Shown here in pieces: positions 32,236 through 35,813 of a stretch of 35,813 bases of DNA. The notes under the pieces are model-generated. The model ran no database searches. It was not told the origin of the DNA and was given only the letters and a program-made list of their open reading frames with translations. The DNA is from a virus. Made by a program: the position numbers and the translations under genes. Positions within the stretch are counted from its first letter, which is position 1. Every line of letters starts with the position of its first letter. The DNA is taken from the IMG/VR virus record IMGVR_UViG_3300020576_001964, positions 1 to 35,813 of that record; one strand, 5' to 3'.

Positions 32236-33303
32236 ATGCTCGCTTATTACAACGAGCACGACCCTTTCGCCGCGGCCTGGTTGCGCGAGTTGATGGCCGA
32301 CCGGCTGATCGCGCCGGGCATCGTGGACGAGCGGAGCATTGAAGATGTCACGCCAAGCGAGCTTGCTGGATTTCGACAATGCCATTTCTTTGCCGGCATC
32401 GGCGTGTGGTCCCTCGCGCTGCGACAGGCCGGATGGCCCGACGATCGCCCCATCTGGACCGGATCGTGCCCCTGCCAACCTTTCAGCGCGGCAGGCAAAG
32501 GCGGCGGGCTTGCTGACGAGCGGCACCTCTGGCCGGCGTTCCACTGGCTTATCCGCGAGTGTCGCCCTGCAATCGTCGTTGGCGAACAGGTTAGCAGTGA
32601 CGACGGCCTCGGTTGGCTCGACGTTGTACTCGCTGACCTGGATCAAGAGGGTTACACCAGCGGGGCACTCGATACCTGCGCTGCGGGCTTCGGGGCGCCC
32701 CATATCCGGCAGCGGTTGTACTGGGTGGCCCACACCGATGAGCGCGGACAACCGGGACCGCGGCTCATGGGACGATCCAGCGATTCAGCGGCGGGCACGG
32801 ATTGGCAAAAGCATCGAATTGTCGATGCTGGTTGGAGTGGCGGGGTGGCCGACGCCGAACGCGATGGAGGGCGGGCAGACGAGTCGGGGCGGGGATCGCA
32901 AGGGCGAGTTGTTGATGGGCGGGATAGCGCAGATGGCGGGATGGCCGACGCCGGTAGCGCAGCAAGAGAACGGGACTCCGGAACGATTCATAGAACGAAA
33001 ACGGGAAAGCGTAGCGCGCGGGAACAGCATGGGGATCGCGCTGACGGACCTCAACATGGTCGCGCAGACAGTCGGCCCGGCCCGACTAACGGCCTCTGGC
33101 GAGCTGCTGACTGGCTCGGATGCCGCGATGGAAAGTGGCGGCCAGTTGCACCCGGAACATTCCCTCTGGCTCCAACTGGGACCGTTCGCAACCGCGTGGG
33201 CACGCTGCGCGGAGCGGGTAACGCGCTCAACGTCGCGCAAGCCGAAGGCTTCCTCCGCGCCGTCGACAGCGTCCTCGACGAGCGGGCGCGGGAGATAGAG
33301 TGA
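32236..33303 (+). CDS. DNA cytosine-5 methyltransferase with an internal reading-frame anomaly (possibly a masked pseudogene or recoded gene)
   Basis: The ORF frame carries FFAGIG (motif I), SCPCQPFS (IV), VVGEQV (VI), GAPHIRQRLYWVA (VIII) and RGAGNALNV (X). The middle (about 32725-33190) looks coding in the +1 frame instead (three GWPTP modules). See the finding for this gene. Confidence 0.6.
   Translation: MLAYYNEHDPFAAAWLRELMADRLIAPGIVDERSIEDVTPSELAGFRQCHFFAGIGVWSLALRQAGWPDDRPIWTGSCPCQPFSAAGKGGGLADERHLWPAFHWLIRECRPAIVVGEQVSSDDGLGWLDVVLADLDQEGYTSGALDTCAAGFGAPHIRQRLYWVAHTDERGQPGPRLMGRSSDSAAGTDWQKHRIVDAGWSGGVADAERDGGRADESGRGSQGRVVDGRDSADGGMADAGSAARERDSGTIHRTKTGKRSAREQHGDRADGPQHGRADSRPGPTNGLWRAADWLGCRDGKWRPVAPGTFPLAPTGTVRNRVGTLRGAGNALNVAQAEGFLRAVDSVLDERAREIE
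33276..33303. repeat. Junction repeat C, copy 2 (28 bp)
   Basis: Identical to 32208-32235. Confidence 0.95.
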
Positions 33304-34475
33304 TCGACGATTGCTATCAGGGCGACGTGCGCGCCGGCCTTCGCGCCTTCATCGCGGCCGGCATTCGCGCGCAGACGTGCGTGACGTCCCCGCCTTATTG
33401 GGGCCTGCGCGATTACGGCGTGGCGGGGCAGTTGGGGCTAGAGCCGACGATTTCCGAATACGTCGCGGGCATGGTGGAAGTGTTCGCGCTGGTGCGCGAC
33501 GTGCTCGCGGATGATGGGACGCTGTGGCTTAACCTCGGGGACAGTTACGCCAACGGTACCAAGTGGGGCGGCAGCACTGGCGGCAAGCATGCGGCCGGGT
33601 TGCATGGCGCGAGCGGCATCGGACGCCAGAAAGTGACGACCGGCCTAAAGGCGAAAGACTTGTGCGGCATCCCCTGGCGCGTCGCCTTCGCGCTCCAGGC
33701 GGACGGCTGGTATCTGCGCAGCGACATCATTTGGCACAAGCCCAACCCGATGCCGGAGTCGATCACCGATCGCCCGACAAAATCTCATGAATATCTGTTC
33801 CTGCTATCGAAGCGGGAGCGGTACTACTTCGATGCGGAATCGTTCAAGGAACCGACGATAGGCAACACGCCGCACGATTTGACCGGCGGCTATGCAAGCG
33901 CGCCCGGACAAAAACCGCAATCAGGATCGCGCGCCAATTACAAAACGCCGGACGGATGGGACACCAGCAAGGGCGCTGGTGGCCACGGATCGTTCCACAA
34001 GGAAGGGCGTGAGGCCGGGCATACAGGTTATGTGTCGAAGTCTGGCAACAGGGAACGCAAGCCGGCCAGCGCGCGCGGCGTGCCGATTGAAACGGACGGC
34101 AAGAGCGGCGGCGGTGTCGCGGGCTCGGTGCCCTGGGAGGGGTCGATGCGCAACCGGCGAACGGTCTGGACGATCGCCACCGAAAGCTATTCAGAGGCGC
34201 ATTTCGCCACCTATCCGCGCGCGCTGGTCGAGCCCTGCATTCTCGCGGGGTCGAGGCCCGGCGACGTGGTGCTCGATCCGTTCATGGGCAGCGGCACGAC
34301 GGCGCAGGTCGCGCAGGATTTGGGGCGCCGGTGGATCGGCTGCGAGCTGAATCCGGCGTACATCGCAATGCAGGCGCGGCGCACGGCTCAACGCGGGCTT
34401 GCGCTCGAAATCGCCGCCGGGGACGCCGCTACTGCAACCCGCGCATATCCAGCGCGCGCGGGAAAATGGCGATGA
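33300..34475 (+). CDS. DNA methyltransferase, beta-class N4/N6 family with SPPY motif (N4-cytosine type suspected)
   Basis: GTG at 33300 (GTGA overlap). CVTSPPYWGLRDYG (motif IV); LWLNLGDSY; IIWHKPNPMPES; LDPFMGSGTTAQVA (motif I) C-terminal. Confidence 0.85.
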   Translation: MIDDCYQGDVRAGLRAFIAAGIRAQTCVTSPPYWGLRDYGVAGQLGLEPTISEYVAGMVEVFALVRDVLADDGTLWLNLGDSYANGTKWGGSTGGKHAAGLHGASGIGRQKVTTGLKAKDLCGIPWRVAFALQADGWYLRSDIIWHKPNPMPESITDRPTKSHEYLFLLSKRERYYFDAESFKEPTIGNTPHDLTGGYASAPGQKPQSGSRANYKTPDGWDTSKGAGGHGSFHKEGREAGHTGYVSKSGNRERKPASARGVPIETDGKSGGGVAGSVPWEGSMRNRRTVWTIATESYSEAHFATYPRALVEPCILAGSRPGDVVLDPFMGSGTTAQVAQDLGRRWIGCELNPAYIAMQARRTAQRGLALEIAAGDAATATRAYPARAGKWR

Positions 34476-34698
34476 TCGGATAGACCACCGTCGCATCGCC
34501 CCGGCGCAGCGTCTTGAACGTCAAGACGACGCCGAAGGTGGCCGCCATGTTCCGCGCGTGCGCCTTCACCGCGCGCAGGGCATTGCCGCGCGTGGGGAAC
34601 GTTTCCCCGTTCGCGCGAATCCGGCCATTGGCCGCGACGAAGTGCCAAACGAACTGACCGCGCTTCGCCGGTACCACCTCGATGCGATCCGCCGTCAT
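34429..34698 (-). CDS. DUF1508 (YegP-like) protein
   Basis: ATG at 34698 (ATGA overlap). GQFVWHFVAANGRIRANGETFPTRGNALRAVKAHARN is the YegP repeat pattern. Its 3' end overlaps the convergent methylase gene by 47 nt. Confidence 0.7.
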   Translation of the reverse strand: MTADRIEVVPAKRGQFVWHFVAANGRIRANGETFPTRGNALRAVKAHARNMAATFGVVLTFKTLRRGDATVVYPIIAIFPRALDMRGLQ

Positions 34699-35177
34699 GC
34701 GGGGAACGGCCCCGGCACCGCGCGCCCCGGCGGCTGCGCGCACAGCCACGCCACGTAGGCATCGCCGCTGCCGTCCACATCCGGTACCCAGCCGTTCGCC
34801 TGGATCGACCAGAAGCGGTAGCCGGTGCCGTAGGCTTGTTCATTGACGTTGATCCCGCCGCCGCTGCCCGCCGCGTACCACTGTACGTACAGCACCACGG
34901 TGGCCGGATCGTAGATCGCGCCCAGCGCCGTGCGCTCCGCGTCCGTACAGAGCGCCCACGCGCATAGCTGGCCGACCTTGAGCCGCGCGCGGAAGGCTTC
35001 AAGCGCATCATGCGGCTTGGCCTGGTCGGCGTAGAAGTTGATCCGGCCGGCGAGCTGGCGCACCTCGATCGGGATCAGGTCCGAATGCCCGCGCGCGTCC
35101 ATATCGCCCACGAAGGATGAGAGTGTGGATTGCTGCGTCCACTTGATGGGACAGGGAAAGGTTCCGTCATCGGTCAC
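34695..35177 (-). CDS. Hypothetical protein (160 aa)
   Basis: GTG at 35177 preceded by AGGAG with a 7-nt spacer. GTGA overlap with the small upstream ORF. Confidence 0.65.
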   Translation of the reverse strand: MTDDGTFPCPIKWTQQSTLSSFVGDMDARGHSDLIPIEVRQLAGRINFYADQAKPHDALEAFRARLKVGQLCAWALCTDAERTALGAIYDPATVVLYVQWYAAGSGGGINVNEQAYGTGYRFWSIQANGWVPDVDGSGDAYVAWLCAQPPGRAVPGPFPA

Positions 35178-35290
35178 AGCATGACTCCTACGAGGATGCC
35201 AACAAGCAGTGCGAGCGCGACGGCGACCACCTTGCGGTGCGCGTCGGCCCAAGTCAGCGCGGATTGCGCCGTGTCAGTGAATTTGCTCAA
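35174..35290 (-). CDS. 38-codon ORF with a C-terminal TM helix
   Basis: TTG at 35290, 6 nt after GGAGG. Encodes (M)SKFTDTAQSALTWADAHRKVVAVALALLVGILVGVML. Stop-start GTGA with the next gene. Its first 17 nt overlap the Rz 3' end. Confidence 0.35.
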   Translation of the reverse strand: MSKFTDTAQSALTWADAHRKVVAVALALLVGILVGVML

Positions 35291-35813
35291 GCGGTGCCTC
35301 CGTAGCGGCGCGCAGGCCGCGATAAAACGACTCCCAAGCCGCTACGCGGTCGCGGCATTCGGCGTGGATTTCGGCCACGTCCACGAACCATGCAACAAAG
35401 CTTGCACTGTCGGCGGGGCCGGCAGGGGTCGCAGGGGCTTGGTCAGGGCCGGCGGGGGTGCCGGCAGCGTTGGCTTGACTGGTAGCGTCGGCGAGCACGC
35501 GCACAGCGTCAGCAGGAACCCGCACGCCAGCGCCCAAAGAAACAGCGCGGTTGCGGAGTGGCGTAAACGTGTCATGGCGCACCTCGTCTCGATGACTTTC
35601 AGCGGCTTGTGTGGCCGCGACCTGTTGGCCGTACAATGTGGCAATCGCCGCTTCCCTGCGTAGGGCTTCCTTTTTCTCTGCGGCCAGCACGTCACGCTCG
35701 GCGCGCGCGTCCTTGCACGCGGTGTTGCACCACGTTTCCACCTTGTGCTTGACGACGGCCACGGTGCCGAGGAATGCGAGCGCCGCCACCGCGTAGACGA
35801 TGAGCATGACCGG
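35274..35813 (-). CDS. i-spanin (Rz-like), C-terminal portion within the window (gene crosses the junction)
   Basis: TM LIVYAVAALAFLGTVAVV, then a charged coiled region (RDVLAAEKKEALRREAAIATLYGQQVAATQAAESHRDE). Last gene of the lysis cassette. Contains the embedded lipoprotein ORF. Confidence 0.75.
   Translation of the reverse strand, partial: PVMLIVYAVAALAFLGTVAVVKHKVETWCNTACKDARAERDVLAAEKKEALRREAAIATLYGQQVAATQAAESHRDEVRHDTFTPLRNRAVSLGAGVRVPADAVRVLADATSQANAAGTPAGPDQAPATPAGPADSASFVAWFVDVAEIHAECRDRVAAWESFYRGLRAATEAPLEQIH
35342..35575 (-). CDS. o-spanin (Rz1-like) lipoprotein embedded in the +1 frame of the i-spanin gene
   Basis: ATG at 35575. MTRLRHSATALFLWALACGFLLTLCAC: signal peptide with lipobox L-C-A-C, followed by Pro-rich SPTLPVKPTLPAPPPALTKPLRPLPAPP. 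Confidence 0.7.
   Translation of the reverse strand: MTRLRHSATALFLWALACGFLLTLCACSPTLPVKPTLPAPPPALTKPLRPLPAPPTVQALLHGSWTWPKSTPNAATA
35737..35813. repeat. Terminal exact duplicate (copy 2) of 1..77
   Basis: Read directly. Confidence 0.95.

Noticed and set aside
1-35813. Diversity-generating retroelement, considered because of the P22/BPP-like podovirus layout and a C-terminal receptor-binding head on the fibre.
   Set aside because: I could not find a reverse-transcriptase-like ORF (no YxDD-type motif in any plausible gene). I also saw no template/variable repeat pair near 1232-2239.
1-35813. Integrase, excisionase, attP, partition genes and tRNA genes.
   Set aside because: Every sizeable ORF was accounted for and none shows tyrosine or serine recombinase, ParA/ParB or tRNA cloverleaf features visible by eye. 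This absence is by inspection only, not by a search tool.

Overview
High-GC window that looks like one complete phage genome. Bases 1-77 are identical to 35737-35813, so the record closes into a circle (or terminally redundant molecule) of 35,736 bp unique sequence, and one gene runs across the junction. Gene content and order resemble a P22-like podovirus. Nearly all genes are tightly packed and joined by ATGA/GTGA/TAATG stop-start overlaps. Minus strand, read from 25702 downwards: an HTH regulator, an RHH protein, DUF1064, HNH, prim-pol/helicase, two small Zn-ribbon proteins and a Q-like antiterminator. After a terminator-containing leader come small and large terminase, portal, scaffold, P22-type coat, adaptor-slot genes, a GroES-like gene, a gp10-like hub, a run of Gly-rich internal proteins, the tail fibre, and a lysis cassette (holin candidate, GH24 endolysin, 2-TM protein, Rz with embedded Rz1). 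Three small accessory genes follow. Plus strand (25865-34475), from a consensus sigma70 promoter: a recombination module (Gp157-like, Sak4/AAA_24 ATPase, DUF669 SSB-like, Cas4/RecB-type Fe-S nuclease), then an accessory block with three DNA methyltransferases of different chemistries. I found no integrase, tRNA, CRISPR array or reverse transcriptase. Items most worth follow-up: (1) the C5-methyltransferase ORF, whose coding signal appears to jump frame and back with no stop codon; (2) methyltransferase cassettes bracketed by mosaic direct repeats that carry the stop, RBS and start; (3) a strict (X-Gly)x40 repeat protein; (4) a 10-bp-phased iteron array next to an AT-rich trough beside the primase gene; (5) a mirror-symmetric four-operator switch with an apparently leaderless regulator; (6) an antisense, apparently leaderless small membrane gene inside the tail module; (7) a shared LTLGxxAARR motif on the Gly-rich internal proteins. 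All functional calls rest on motifs I recognised by eye and from memory. No database search was run.
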